Shown here one piece after another: positions 24,173-36,848 of a stretch of DNA of 64,000 nucleotides. Position 1 is the first letter of the stretch; each line of letters opens with the position of its first letter. Source of the stretch: Cirrosporium novae-zelandiae (lineage: Eukaryota); NCBI GenBank assembly GCA_026023565.1, contig JAPETS010000007.1:558001-622000 (forward strand), in the 5' to 3' direction. The notes under the pieces were generated by a model. The model did no database searches and was not told where the DNA came from. It saw nothing but the letters and a program-made list of their open reading frames with translations. The position numbers and the translations under genes are program-made.

Positions 24173-25522
24173 ATGGCATCCTCGAAATTGACATCGGGCG
24201 GAAGAACCATCTTGCATCTACCTCCAGAAATCATCTTCTCTATATTCGACAACCTATCCATCGAAACTCTCAAAGCCCTCCGGCTGACCAATAAACATCT
24301 CTCCAGCCACACCCTTCAATATCTCTTTAGGACAGTACGCTTGGAGCTTAGTAGATCCTCCCTCGATGAGCTTCATGAGAAAGCCAAAGCCTATGGTCCA
24401 TACATGAAAGAGCTAGTGATTGACCGGAACTGGCTACTTACAGCACCTGAACGTCGATTTGATATCCAAGATGAATACCATGAACTCACACTTCCTGCCG
24501 AAAATTTTGACCATCGACGGGTGGACCTGAGAACGATCTATGCATCAAAACCATGGTTGACGGCACAATTTGATTTCGTCACAAATCTAGACAACGTCGA
24601 GGCAGCACGCTCTCTCATAAGAAATTATATGCCTAATTTGAATTCGCTGACTATCACCAATACAGGCGGTGAGATGTTGGTATATCGAGGATGGTGGGAC
24701 AATTTCTTTCTAGGTCCTGATGAAGAGTTGCTACTTGACTTTATTTGCAAGATTTTCGTTGAAGGTCCCGGCCCATCATTGTGCGTGAAAGCCCCAAATT
24801 GCTCTCTGGAACGTATTACCATTTCGCCAGCAGCGGGATTCGAAAACGATGTTTTCAAGTTCAACAATGAATTTGCAATACGAAGAATGGCACGTTTGGG
24901 GAAAGTTGTATCTGAGATCGATTCATTGGCACTTTGCACAAGATTGTGTCACCTGGTCAAATCCTGTCGTACGATTGACTTGACAATCGCCGCGTTCAAC
25001 ATATTTACTGGGGCTCCAGCTGAAACGAATGCCCACTGGTATTTTAGTAGCATTATTTGTGCTGCTTCACAAAACCTCAAATCGCTCTACTTGAACCTTT
25101 TATCGTGGGAGAACGAAGGATTTACGTTCTTGGATGAGCATCTCCTCAACACCAGGTTTCCTCATTTAGAGCAATTTCATCTTTCCGAGGCACCTGTCTC
25201 GTTATCACTACTAAACCGGTTCCTCTACAATCACCAGAAAACGTTGGAATCGGTCCAGTTTCATTACGTAAAGCCGATATGGAATGCGGATCCGGACCTA
25301 CTTTCTTGGAGTCGATTTATTTCCAAACTTCGGAACTCAGTAGACCGAAGTTTTTTCGACCATGTATCAATAGGGTTCTGTGGCGTTTTTAACTGGAGAA
25401 GTGGTGTAACCGATTGGGCTCGATGGTATTTTGTGGGACCAGAACAAGTGAAGCAGTATGGAAAAGGTGGGCAAGGAAACCCATTCACAGGAGGATATGT
25501 GAATGTGGTGGAGGTAGCTTAG
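24173..25522 (+). CDS. F-box protein with LRR-like C-terminal region (start may be 24152)
   Basis: ILHLPPEIIFSIFDNLSIETLKALRLTNK F-box; NLNSLTI, NLKSLYL and HLEQFHL repeats. Confidence 0.8.
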   Translation: MASSKLTSGGRTILHLPPEIIFSIFDNLSIETLKALRLTNKHLSSHTLQYLFRTVRLELSRSSLDELHEKAKAYGPYMKELVIDRNWLLTAPERRFDIQDEYHELTLPAENFDHRRVDLRTIYASKPWLTAQFDFVTNLDNVEAARSLIRNYMPNLNSLTITNTGGEMLVYRGWWDNFFLGPDEELLLDFICKIFVEGPGPSLCVKAPNCSLERITISPAAGFENDVFKFNNEFAIRRMARLGKVVSEIDSLALCTRLCHLVKSCRTIDLTIAAFNIFTGAPAETNAHWYFSSIICAASQNLKSLYLNLLSWENEGFTFLDEHLLNTRFPHLEQFHLSEAPVSLSLLNRFLYNHQKTLESVQFHYVKPIWNADPDLLSWSRFISKLRNSVDRSFFDHVSIGFCGVFNWRSGVTDWARWYFVGPEQVKQYGKGGQGNPFTGGYVNVVEVA

Positions 25523-25690
25523 GTGCCTACAGTGTAAGTAGATAGATAATTAGGTAGTATAGAAAATGCCTAGTTGGATTTGAAACATAACGGTCACAAG
25601 GCTTGTTTTTAAATACCAAAAGTAATTATAGGAGGGGTAAAGGGGGCACCGGGAGGTCACGTGGGTCTCGGGGGTATAAATAAAAATAAG

Positions 25691-26115
25691 CGGAAAATTA
25701 CTCGGGGTACCACTGTCTGAGATATCTCATTGCTGATATACCATCCCTCAAAGCCTTTAACGTTTACCCCCGAAGCCTTCAACATTTACCCCTAAACTAT
25801 ATATATGCTTTCAGTTTCCAAGTTATATGACTTAAATCACTATATAGATTTTCCGAACTCGTATTTTAGATTCTAGACCTAAATCAATATATCTATATTA
25901 ATTATAACCCTAATAAAAGCCTCACTGAATCTATATCCAAGGCGTTATAATAAATTTCAAAATAATTATTTTACTGTTAATTGTTCTAGGTATTCAGTTT
26001 ATTCTAAATAGACTTTATTTTATAAACAGCAACAGTCTAAATATCAAGCTTACTAGATAAGGATGGTATACCAGCAATGAGATATCTCAGACAGTGGTAT
26101 CCGCGTAATTTTCCG
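25691..26115. mobile_element. Non-autonomous Mutator-like DNA transposon / MITE (425 bp)
   Basis: TIRs 25691-25746 (CGGAAAATTA...ATACCATCC) and 26061-26115 (GGATGGTAT...TAATTTTCCG); identical 10-bp flanks TAAAAATAAG at 25681-25690 and 26116-26125; AT-rich non-coding interior. Confidence 0.9.
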
Positions 26116-26519
26116 TAAAAATAAGTCAAAGGAATGTTGACTCAGCTAGAAAGAAGTTTTGAACTATTTGACGGTAACTAAGCCAATCCAGATTAGCGTA
26201 GAAGAACTTGGCATCATCAAGCAGCCGAAACACAAACAACTCCAAGGGAAATCTGAACACTCGACTTGTTGGTTGCTTCCTTTCTTCTTTGTGTGCGCGT
26301 TTGAGTGTCCTTGGTTAAGGCTTGCCTCAACTTCGACAGTTTCCATTTCCAACAACAATCCTTCTAACCCTTTACCTCCCTCCCTCCCTCAAGAATCTTC
26401 TTACCTTCTCTGGTTATCCAGGATTGTGTCCAGCTGTTCGGCAACTGATTTTAATTCTTTCTATTAAACAAAAACCAGCTCTCCAAGCCAAGTTTGGGTC
26501 AGTCAGGCTTTAACTAGTC

Positions 26520-28894
26520 ATGGCACCCCCAACCCAGTTTGCATGTCAGTTCCCTTCTCTTGATGCTAATCTACTTGCTGTATCTGGTAGCTGACTAGTT
26601 GTGTTTGCTTTTCTTACAGGTCGGACACTGAAGGGACTCGGAATTGTCGATGCTGCTCCGATCTATGAACCCCTATCAGGTTTTCAAAGGTCGCTTTCAG
26701 TCTTTCCATGTCTGTTCAATGTCACGCTGACATTCCCTATGTTCTAGACCGGAAGGCAATTTTCGCTGCTGTACCTACTCGCCATGTGGCCGATACTTCG
26801 GTTGGGCATCAAATCAAAGGTTTGAAAATGGACAATGAGAAGCTCTTCATGAACACTTATGCTGATGATGCCACAGCGTTTCGATAGTAGATGCCTCTGT
26901 TGGTAACATAATTTCAACGTTATCGGTGGAAAATGTCTACGAATTAGGATTTTCTCCTCGTGGAACCTTCATCATGACTTGGCAGAGGCCTAGTAAGGAC
27001 GGGAATGGAAACATGCTCAGGAACCTTAGGCTCTGGAAAGTCATTGATGCGAGCGAAGAACGAAGTCCTGTCTATGCCTTTTTCCAAAAATCACAGACTG
27101 GCTGGAACTTGCAATTTACTCCTGACGAGTCCTTGTGCGCAAGGACGGTAACAAATGAAGTCCATTTCTATGAGACGAAAGATTTTACCACGGTCTGGAA
27201 TAAGTTACGGGTAGAAGGTATCACAGACTTTGCTCTTGCGCCTGGCAGGAATTTGTCCGTTGCCGTGTTTATACCAGAGAAGAAGGTATGCACCACCCAG
27301 TCACCCAGTCAGCTTACGCTAACGCCAATCCAGGGTCAACCCGCAAGTGTAAAGATCTACAATATCCCTCAATTCTCGACTCCAGTATCACAAAAGTCTT
27401 TTTACAAATGCGACAAGATCCAATTCAAGTGGAATGATTCCGGTACTACGCTGCTAGCACTTGCTCAAACTGAGAGTGATGCTTCTGGAAAATCATACTT
27501 TGGAGTCACGACACTTTACATTCTGAGTGCGGTAAATGATTTCGCCTCAAGGGTCGACTTTGGTAAGTCTTTACATAAACATTTTAAATATCCAAATATT
27601 AATTTTGTATGTAGACAAAGAGGGTGCTGTCAACGATGTTCACTGGTCCCCAAATTCAAACCAATTTGGTGTGGTCTATGGATTCATGCCTGCAAAAACC
27701 ACCATATACAACCTTAGGGCTGTTCCGGTGTTCTCCTTTCCATTGGGACCCCGAAACACCATTCTTTTCTCCCCTCATGGTCGGTTTGTCCTAGTCGCTG
27801 GGTTTGGAAATCTGGCAGGTCAAATGGACATTTATGACCTGGAGAAGGACTACAAGAAGATTTGCACAATTGAAGCAAGCAACTCCAGCGTCTGTGAATG
27901 GAGCCCTGATGGAAAGTATATCCTCACTGCTACCACAAGCCCAAGGCTCCGTGTCGACAATGCAATACGCATATGGCATGTAAGTGGCACTTTGATGTAC
28001 CATCAATCCTTCGATGAACTCTATCAAGTTCTTTGGCGCCCCGAATCTCCAGAGACGCATCCCCTCGAAGATCCATTCAATCCCGTACCTGCCCCCCATC
28101 CATCGGCAGTCGCCTATCTGGGAACAGTCAAAACGCCTTCCAAACCAGCAGGTGCGTATCGTCCTCCTGGTGCTCGAGGCCTTGCGACGCCTCTGTCTTT
28201 TAAACGCGAAGACGAGGGTGGTGCTGCTTTTTCAAGCAATGGTGTATCCTCTATCAACGGCTTTGGACGATTACATAAACGGGAAGTTCCAGGTGCGGAG
28301 CCTGCTCTGCCTCCTGGGCCAGCCCCTGGCGGAGGCGTGAGCTTGACCCTTGCAGATGGGGACGAGAAGCTCTCGAAAGCAGCGGCCAAGAACAAGAAAA
28401 AGAGGGAAGCGAAAAAAGCGAGGGAGGCTGCAGAGAAATCAGCCACCCTTGCTCCTCCTAACGCAGATGGTTCGGCTCCAAGCCCGAAACGGAGCAATTC
28501 CCGATCAGGAAGGCGAAGTGGCTCCCGCAGCCGAGCCAATAGTAACGCCACACAACGATCCCGCTCTCAACGTCGCGATGGCGGCAAAGGCACTGAGAGT
28601 CGTCCAAGGACAAGAAACGGTCCTGCATCCAACAACTCAAATAATGGAGGGCCAAGAATTCTGACGCAGCAACAGGCACAGCCGGCCCCTGACATGACTG
28701 TGACTTCTCCTGGGGGCGGCGGCGGTACACCACAGGACAAAAAGATCCGAAGTCTGTTGAAGAAACTACGTGCTATTGATGATTTGAAGATGAGATTGGC
28801 AGGTGGTGAGAAACTGGAGGATACACAGATGAAGAAGATTGGAACAGAGGAAATGGTGAGGAAAGAATTGGAGGGGCTTGGTTGGACAGGTTGA
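26520..28894 (+). CDS. EIF2A: Eukaryotic translation initiation factor 2A (5 introns)
   Basis: Beta-propeller motifs FSPRGTF, GKSYFG, GFMPAK, LVAGFGNLAG and ATTSPRLRVDN; C-terminal KKIRSLLKKLRAIDDLK. Confidence 0.93.
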
Positions 28895-29600
28895 ATGAAT
28901 GCAGTTTTTGGCAAGAGAGAGGGTTTGGTTTAGTGGTGGGTATGAGGGAGTTCTGAAAACTCCATCTCAAAAGCTTCTTTCTATCTACCCTCCCCTTCAT
29001 CAGCAGGGTATCTAGGCCTATTGACGGAGAAAAAACCCTCACGAAGACCTCTTGAAATTATCTTGTCCTCGATATTTGATTGGCCTTGCACGTTTGCGGC
29101 GGGGAAAAGATCTCAAGGTTTAATCGGAGCAACTTGGGGGTAAGGAAATGGCTCAAAGGCATATAGATGTGTATGTGCGTGTATGTTGTGAAAGAAGCTC
29201 TTATCAAAGTGCACGAACAAGTTGGAAGAAAGAAAAGTTTACTAGATTAGAGAGAAAATGGGGCGATAACATGTTGATGGATCCTTCTGGGTCAATACTA
29301 TTCGGTGTTTTTCTATATTTTTATACGCAGATATATTCTGCTTGTACCATGTTTTTTTGTATAGTAAATATTTACGTACGTTGACAATTTAGACTTTTCT
29401 AGGCAAATGTAACTAGCCTGGCTTTTTATTTTATTTTTTCCACTTCATAGTGCGGGCATGGCAATGGAGATTATATGGTGTTTCCATACCCAGGAGCGGT
29501 AGTATAAAAGGCCCTCCAAAGCCCCTGTTCTATATTTTATAGTTTTATATAAACCTACCTAAGTGCAAAATCGATTCATCCATCCCATCCATTCCTTTAA

Positions 29601-32299
29601 TCACCTCCCAGTAGTCATACTTCCAGTAGAAGAAGAATCTCCATTATTTTCATCTTCTTCTTCCTCAGTACCATCCTCCATCATCCCCGGCATCATTCTC
29701 ACCTGGAATACTCCCTCCATCCACTCCGCAAACGTGTCCGAATCCCACACGCCGTCTTCCCGTCCCTTTCCATGCTTACTTACAACCTTTTTATCATTAC
29801 CTACCGCCGCGCGTTGCTCCAAGGCTTCGCAGAAGTCCTCATAGTTTTGCATCACCTGGTCTTGCACGGCGGCAACCAGTGTCTCTTTTGTTCTGGCATC
29901 TGGGAGGTATTCATCTAGTTTTGCCCGGAGCACGGGGACTTCCTTAACGATGGAATCACGGAGGGTGCGGACGGCGGCAGCCGCATCGAAAGAGCGTTTT
30001 TCGGTCATGCTCACAGCAACGGATGTTGTCGTTTTAGAGGCTGAGGAGGCGACGTAGTCGTTGATGACAGTGCGGAGACGACCGTCCAGTTCAACTTTTG
30101 CGTCTAGCATGTTTTCGACAACGCGGGGGATAAGGCCTGAGCCAACGAGGCGAACTAGGTTACGGGGGTTAAAGAGGCCGCCGCGGGAGCGGAGTTCCCA
30201 GAAGGTGTTTGTGATTGTAGAGAAGTCGAGGGAGACATCGGGAGTAACGTATTCAATGTCGAAGGCCACGATTTGTTGTTTGAGGATCAGGAGATGTTTG
30301 ATTAGGAAGAGTTGGGAGTCGGGAAGGGTGGATTTGGTGGCGATTTGAGTGGAGGCTTGGTGGAGGGAAAGGGTGGTTTGATGGACGATTCGATGGGCTA
30401 GGTCATCGAAGACTGTTGACTGGATAGGGAATTAGTAAGGCGATAATGGAAGGGGAAATTGGAACGCACATTGACAAGACGGTATATTCGGCTTAACAAC
30501 CAGATTGCTTTCCTAAGAGTCGGATACCAGCCTTCAAAGGCCGCTTCTGTACCGAAGTCGAACGAAAAGTCTTTTTCATCGGCCAGATCACCCTCCCGTT
30601 CAACAAGTGTAGAAGTTTTCTGGATCCCTGATCCATTTGCTACACGAGATCCATCCTTCTTTCCAGACAAGGGCACTTTCCGAATGCGTGCTGGATAGTC
30701 AATGTCTTCAGGCTTTGGCTTGTAATACTCGATCTCATCTCGTAAGATGGCTTGAGTCCGGAAAACCAAACGAGTTTGAGCATCTTCTAGAGCTGGATGA
30801 ATAAGGGAAGAAAAGTCAAGCTGGTCATCATTTGCCTGCTCCTCTTCATCTTCTTCATCCATATATCGAGTCTGTAATAGGGTGCAAAGTTCGCACAGCT
30901 TTAGCAACTGGATTTCGTGGATGATTCGAGGGCGTAGATGATCGTATAGAGGTTCGCAAATAGATTCTAAAAAGTCGTATAGATTCTCTTGGCCTTCAAA
31001 CCATTCATTCCAAAGATCGTATTCATCCATACAGATACCTTGAATATAGCTAATGCTACTTCTGGAAAATGCCACCAAGTCAGTCGCGCTACTAGGAGCT
31101 AATGCTATCTCAGAAATCCTCTTTCTAAGAATAGGAAGTACCAGCCTAGCACGAGTGGACGAGTATGCCGTATAGAGTTCGTTCATGAGACTCTGATACT
31201 CTGACTCTGAGCCTGGTTCCGCATCTGCTGGTAGTTCCGCACGCTTTTGAATCTCTATGCCAAGTCTCTTCAAGTCCGGCGCCCCTGTTCGAAATTTAGC
31301 ATATAGCAAAGCAGACATGGTCGTATCATTAAGTTGTCGGTCTGCTATGCGTTTCGACACGTCATTAGCCACATCACGCAAAGAGCCTACAAAATCAGTC
31401 CGGATAAGAGTAAGGGCTCGAGTCAGGAGTATGTTGTATCGGGATCGATAAATCTCGGCTTCTTTTTGGTTCAGATGTTTCTTCATATATCTCAAACATT
31501 CGTCCAGATGTGTGAGCATCTCCGAGAAGTCTTGCCCACGCACGAAATTCCCAGCACTTGGTGCATTGAGTCTTCTCGTGATTGGTTCAAGATAGCCATA
31601 ATATTGTAGATTCTCCCCAATTCCATCTGCAAGCGTAGTAAGCCGCTTCTGCTCTGTCAGAAGACCTTCACATTGTTTCTGGAATGCGGTTGTTTGGGCT
31701 TGGACGGCCCGAAATGACGAGGATAGAGAAGACAGAAGGTCCAAGGTTGAAGAAGTGCCATCGAGTATCGAGTCCAAATGGGATATCTGGAGGTTAAGCT
31801 GGTCTAAATGATTCCTAGTAAGAATATCAGTATGAAGACCCTGAACAATATGTAGGTTACACAGGCCACGTACTGATATTTGTCATTGCTGAGACTCAAT
31901 AGATCGTCTTCCAATGAAGAGTACCAATCCATGAACTCCAATTCTGTCTTAATCTGACTTCCAGGCACGGGCTTGCTCTCGGACACGGCATCTTCTCCAA
32001 GCTGGGCCTTCGCGGCTTCATAAAAGTCGCTGTATGACTTTGCCCGACGTGCTATAGTAGCTTTCGAAGGACTATTTGTACTCTCCTCGACCATGATGTT
32101 ACTAAGGTCATCTTCTACTTGGTTCGTATCAGCAGCTGCACTTTCCTACTCAATAATCAATACAACAGCACAGAAAGACGCCTTAAAGTCTTACCCTCTT
32201 TTGGATGGTTGATGTTCTCTTCCGATTTCTAGACACCCATTGATTTTCTTGGGGCTGTGCAGCGGGCACAAAGGTATAGAAAGAGGCATCATCATACAT
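29601..32299 (-). CDS. COG3: Conserved oligomeric Golgi complex subunit 3 (Sec34); 3 introns
   Basis: RRAKSYSDFY, LYDHLRPRIIHE, DAQTRLVFR, WYPTLRKAIWLLSRIYRLVN and LFLIKHLLILKQQIVAFDIE. Confidence 0.93.
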
Positions 32300-32656
32300 G
32301 ATGGACAACAATAAAGGACCAGATCTCACATATTTGCTTAGGAAGGCCTCATTTGTGGAGAGTGTGAGCTCCGGCGTCTGTTTATCTGTCCTATAGGCAC
32401 GCACAGGGCCTTACCGAGGGCGGTGAGAGACGCCAATTAATAGACGCTCATGTGATTACCGATACTAAGCGCCCGGGCATGGCAGAAAGCAATCGATGCT
32501 GTCATACTGTCTAGAAGGAAAGAATAATCTTAAAGCAGATATGGCATGACCTTCCTCTAAATAGCCACTTAGGCTGCCTGAGAGATAACATCTTTGATCA
32601 ATATTTATCAAATCTATAACTGATTTTTCTCTTCTGAACTAGAACTAGTCTTAATA

Positions 32657-34423
32657 ATGTTTAGTTCTCGATCAGTTACATTTTGGGTCGAGAACCAGTC
32701 TCTCAAATTCATCAGACAATCAAGTCTACGGCGGAACCTACAGACTTCAGAACACTACTCATCGAGGTCCTCTAATCCCAAGTTTTCCAGTCGGTGGACC
32801 CGCTCAATTGGTCTTGTCACTGCCCTCGTTGCAACTACCGTCGCTACACATCAATACTATATAGCTCCTGACACTCACGCCGAAGCACCCCCCATACCTG
32901 TAGAAATTCGGCTGCCTGAGGAAAGGAGGAAATCCACATCGAAAGAAGACAATCGTGACCTAATCTCGTCTCAACATCTCCAAGTAAAGAAGAGCTGGGA
33001 AAATCCCGGAGTCTACGCATGGGGATCCAATATTGGCAAAGTTGCAGCGCCAGATTCAGATGACCTCTTTATCAAAAGTCCAAGACGAATACCTTTTTTC
33101 AATGGTCAATTGTTAAGGGACGTGAAGCTTGATCGCAATTTTGGAGCTGCAATAACAGAAAACGGAGATCTAATACAATGGGGCACGGGATATTCGAAAG
33201 AGAATTTCCAACCTACTGTGACTCTCAAGGGCAAAGACTTAGAATCAGTATCTCTGTCTGAGGACCGAATAATTACACTATCCAAAGGGGGTCAGGTATA
33301 TTCATTACCAGTCTCAAAATCTAGCCAAGCATCTGGACCAAAATTATCAGAATCGTCTTGGATACCGTTCCGGAGTGGCCGATCAAAGGTAAGCTACAGA
33401 ATTCTCGAGCTGCAAGACATGTCATGGGGTGAAAAGGTCTCGCAAATCGCGGGAGGTCTCCATCACGTTCTTCTCCTAACCAACAAAGGTCGTATTTTCT
33501 CCGCAGCTTCCGCAACCGAAGCCTTTCCATCCAAAGGTCAGCTCGGTATACCAGGGTTGACCTGGTCAACCAGACCAGAAGGACCTGCAGATAAATGCCA
33601 CGAAGTCAGCACCCTACGGGGTTTTGAAATCACCAAAGTTGCAGCTGGAGACTACCACTCCCTTGCCATAGACAGACACGGTCGTGCCTTCTCCTTCGGC
33701 GACAATACTTCCGGCCAACTTGGCCTTGAATTCAATTCTGATTCCCCCTATATTGATGCACCTTCTCTTCTCTCATTTCAGACCCTTTATCGCGGAACAA
33801 ACCAGACTCCCAAAGTAACCGATGTCGCCGCAGGGGGTCTCAACAGCTTTTTTACCGTCGACGCCACCCGTATGGCGGGCCAAGGCGAAACCGGACCTCG
33901 ACTCCTCAATCTTGGTCGCGTAACTGCAGACACATGGGCTTGCGGCCAAGGTATATTCGGGGGACTCGGCAACGGCCACTGGACACACGTGCAAAGCACC
34001 CCATCTAGGATCAAAGCTCTGAGCGGACTCTTCGAATATGACGAGAAGAAGAGTGCCGTCGTTCCCATTCGCCTTTTGTCGCTGTCTGTGGGCGCAACCC
34101 ATGCTTCTGCCATCATGGATAATGTCACCAATCTAGGAGCATCGGATAAGACATCCGAAAACGATACTAACTGGGGTGCGGATGTGTTATGGTGGGGCGG
34201 CAACGAGTTCTACCAGCTAGGAACTGGAAAGCGGAATAACGTCAATAATCCGACGTATATCCCACCGATGGATGTAAGTGCAGATAGGGAGATGGGCCGG
34301 AGGGAAGACCACCGGTTCCAGATCACGCCGAGAAAAAAGGTCAAAGTCGGAGGTCACTGGGTTAATGTGGAACAAAAGATCGAGTGCGGACGGTTCGTGA
34401 GTGCCGTGTACTCTGCTATATAA
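32657..34423 (+). CDS. FMP25: Mitochondrial RCC1-repeat protein Fmp25
   Basis: Basic presequence plus TM segment; ENPGVYAWGSN, GDYHSLA, FGDNTSGQLG and WGGNEFYQLGTGKR. Confidence 0.85.
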   Translation: MFSSRSVTFWVENQSLKFIRQSSLRRNLQTSEHYSSRSSNPKFSSRWTRSIGLVTALVATTVATHQYYIAPDTHAEAPPIPVEIRLPEERRKSTSKEDNRDLISSQHLQVKKSWENPGVYAWGSNIGKVAAPDSDDLFIKSPRRIPFFNGQLLRDVKLDRNFGAAITENGDLIQWGTGYSKENFQPTVTLKGKDLESVSLSEDRIITLSKGGQVYSLPVSKSSQASGPKLSESSWIPFRSGRSKVSYRILELQDMSWGEKVSQIAGGLHHVLLLTNKGRIFSAASATEAFPSKGQLGIPGLTWSTRPEGPADKCHEVSTLRGFEITKVAAGDYHSLAIDRHGRAFSFGDNTSGQLGLEFNSDSPYIDAPSLLSFQTLYRGTNQTPKVTDVAAGGLNSFFTVDATRMAGQGETGPRLLNLGRVTADTWACGQGIFGGLGNGHWTHVQSTPSRIKALSGLFEYDEKKSAVVPIRLLSLSVGATHASAIMDNVTNLGASDKTSENDTNWGADVLWWGGNEFYQLGTGKRNNVNNPTYIPPMDVSADREMGRREDHRFQITPRKKVKVGGHWVNVEQKIECGRFVSAVYSAI

Positions 34424-34556
34424 ATAAATGAAAAGGAAAAGCATGAATAATGATTTGTATCATCTTGTACCTTTATAACTCTACACACTTGACCTTTTTC
34501 AAATGTAATCATTCCAGAAAAAAAGAGCCTTCTAAATCAATCGGAAAAATCTAGAA

Positions 34557-36536
34557 CTATACTGCCCCCCCCCCGTCATCACCACCAACAACTTCCTTCC
34601 AAACCGCTCCTCCCACAACCCCCACCGCCCCAACCAACCCCTCCACTGTCCCCCTCCTTGTTAAAACATTCACAACCACCCTCACCATCCCCCCACTGTC
34701 TCCATCCCCAGGCGCCCAATCAACCATAAACCCCCTCCCCACCAACTCACTCACAATCTTTCTTGTAACCTTCGTGTTTCTCCTCCTTACATCCTCGCCT
34801 TCAGTTTGAGTGGCCATCCCACATGGGATATACCGAAAGCAAACCTGCAAGCAAGGCGGCGGGTTCTCAGACACGAGCACCAAATCCGGATGATCCGCCA
34901 CGAGCGACGCGAGATATGAGGACATAGCGAACGCAGACGAAAGCTGCATTGAGAATCCAGATGTGCCGTAGTATGTCCAAGCGAGGAAGAGCTTCAAACT
35001 GTCGCCGCGACGTCCACATTGCAGGGTCAAGTCCGCGAGATCATACAGATCATCAACTGGCGGAGATGCATCCTCCTCCCCATCGTTATGTTTCGCGTGA
35101 TTATCATCGCTTCCATGGAAGAGATACCCCGCCTCCATTGAATTCGCAGCATGGAATTGTTGCATGTCGCGACCGAGCAGGAAGGAGCACGTGACGGGCA
35201 CGCCGAGCATTTTGTGCGGATTGAATGCGATGGAGTTAGCGAGGTGGAGGCCTTGTATTTTCCATCGAAGGGGGTCGCAGAAAGCGACGCTGCCGCCCCA
35301 GCTACCGTCCACGTGCATCCAGAGACCGTGCTGGACGCAGAGGTCAGCGATAGCGGGGAAGGGGTCAAAGGCCCCTAAGACGGTAGTGCCAGCGGTGGCG
35401 TTCACAAAAAATGGAACTTTTCCTTCCTTTTTGGAGGTAAGGATTTGAGTTTCTAACGCGGAGGGGATCATGCGACCTGCGCTATCCACGGGGATGGCGA
35501 TGCAGGATTCGGTTCCGAGACCTGCGGCCATGGCCGCTTTCATAATGCTGTAGTGGCCGTGGGCACTGGTAAAGAGGACCAGTTTTTTTCCTTCAAGGCC
35601 GCGGGTTTTTGTACTGGGGAAGAGGGTGTTGCGCGCGATGATGACGGCAGTTAGGTTGCTAGCGCTACCGCCCTGGGTAGAGATTCCGCCAGCGTGGGGG
35701 CCGGGGAGGTCGAAGAGTTGAGCGAGGCGAGCGACGGTGTGTTTTTCGATGAGGGTTAAAGCTGGGGAGACAGCATAGACGTGCAGGTTGGTGTTTAGGG
35801 CGGAGAGAATTAGGTCGGATGCCAGGCCGACCTGTGGGGAGGGAAGTAGGCTGTGAGTTTTGTGGTTTGAGATTGTGAGGAGGGGTTGGACTTACAGCAT
35901 TAGGACTTGCATAGAGTTTATCAAGGAATCCTTGGTCCCATGTGTTAACTGAATACTGTAGAACCTTTTCCACAATCCCCAGCAGGCCGTCCTGTCCTTT
36001 TCCTGTCTCGGGGAGGTTGAGCGCAAGGATCTTAGATAACTCTTGAGGTGAGCGGTAGTCAACGAGGTTTGTGCGTGGAGTGCCATCCGGGGCGGGGAAA
36101 ACGACACCGTGGCTAGTGGGTTTGATAGTGGCGTCGAGGTCAGCGCGACGGATGAAAGGAGTGAGAAGGTTTTGAACCGAGTTGAGTAGCTGCGTGAGGT
36201 CAAGGGAATGTGTTAGAAATAGTACAGTTAAAAGATATAGTAAAGGGTCTATAATGAATATTGACGATTGCGTGAAGTCAAAAATTTTTTTTTTCATTTC
36301 TAGTCATCACCATAAGAACATCAGAAATACATTTTAAGCAGGCACGAGCTTTTATTCAAGGCTTGAAGCTCATAGCATGGGTTGTAGAGATTAAAATCTA
36401 ATAACTGAGCCAGGACGATGACTGACAGACAAAAGAAACAGGCATATAAATTGCATACAGAAGTCACTTCATCGGCTCTTTGGAGTGGACCATGTTCAGC
36501 AGGTAAGGCCTGTGACAAAGCAGAATTGCTTGCCAT
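34557..36536 (-). CDS. Group II PLP-dependent decarboxylase (GAD/CSAD/aspartate 1-decarboxylase-like); 2 introns
   Basis: YSVNTWDQGFLDKLY, NATAGTTVLGAFDP, HVDGSWGG, NPHKML (PLP Lys) and LQCGRRGDSLK. Confidence 0.88.
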
Positions 36537-36848
36537 CTGGAACTATTGATAACAGGAAAAGACTCGTATCGAAGCGTGGTAAATAGTAGGACAATGCCAG
36601 TGGACCATTTGACAATCAAAAAAATGAAAGAAGTAGTTATCGTATTAAGAGGATGGAGGTTAATAGACGGAAAAATCAAAATTTCATTTTTCCCCAGGAA
36701 ATCAATTTGTCGAGGAGTAAAATCCTTGCATTCAAGACAGCGATCTTTTCCTAATATGTTTAGATTCTCCAGTTAGTGCAGCCCTGACAGAAGCTTATTT
36801 GATCTTCATAATCCAGCTGAATTTCCATTATTAATCCGATTTTCTCCT

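Noticed and set aside
36191..36458. Long first intron of the decarboxylase as a possible snoRNA host (GTGATGA box-C-like)
   Set aside because: No downstream CTGA box D or terminal stem seen
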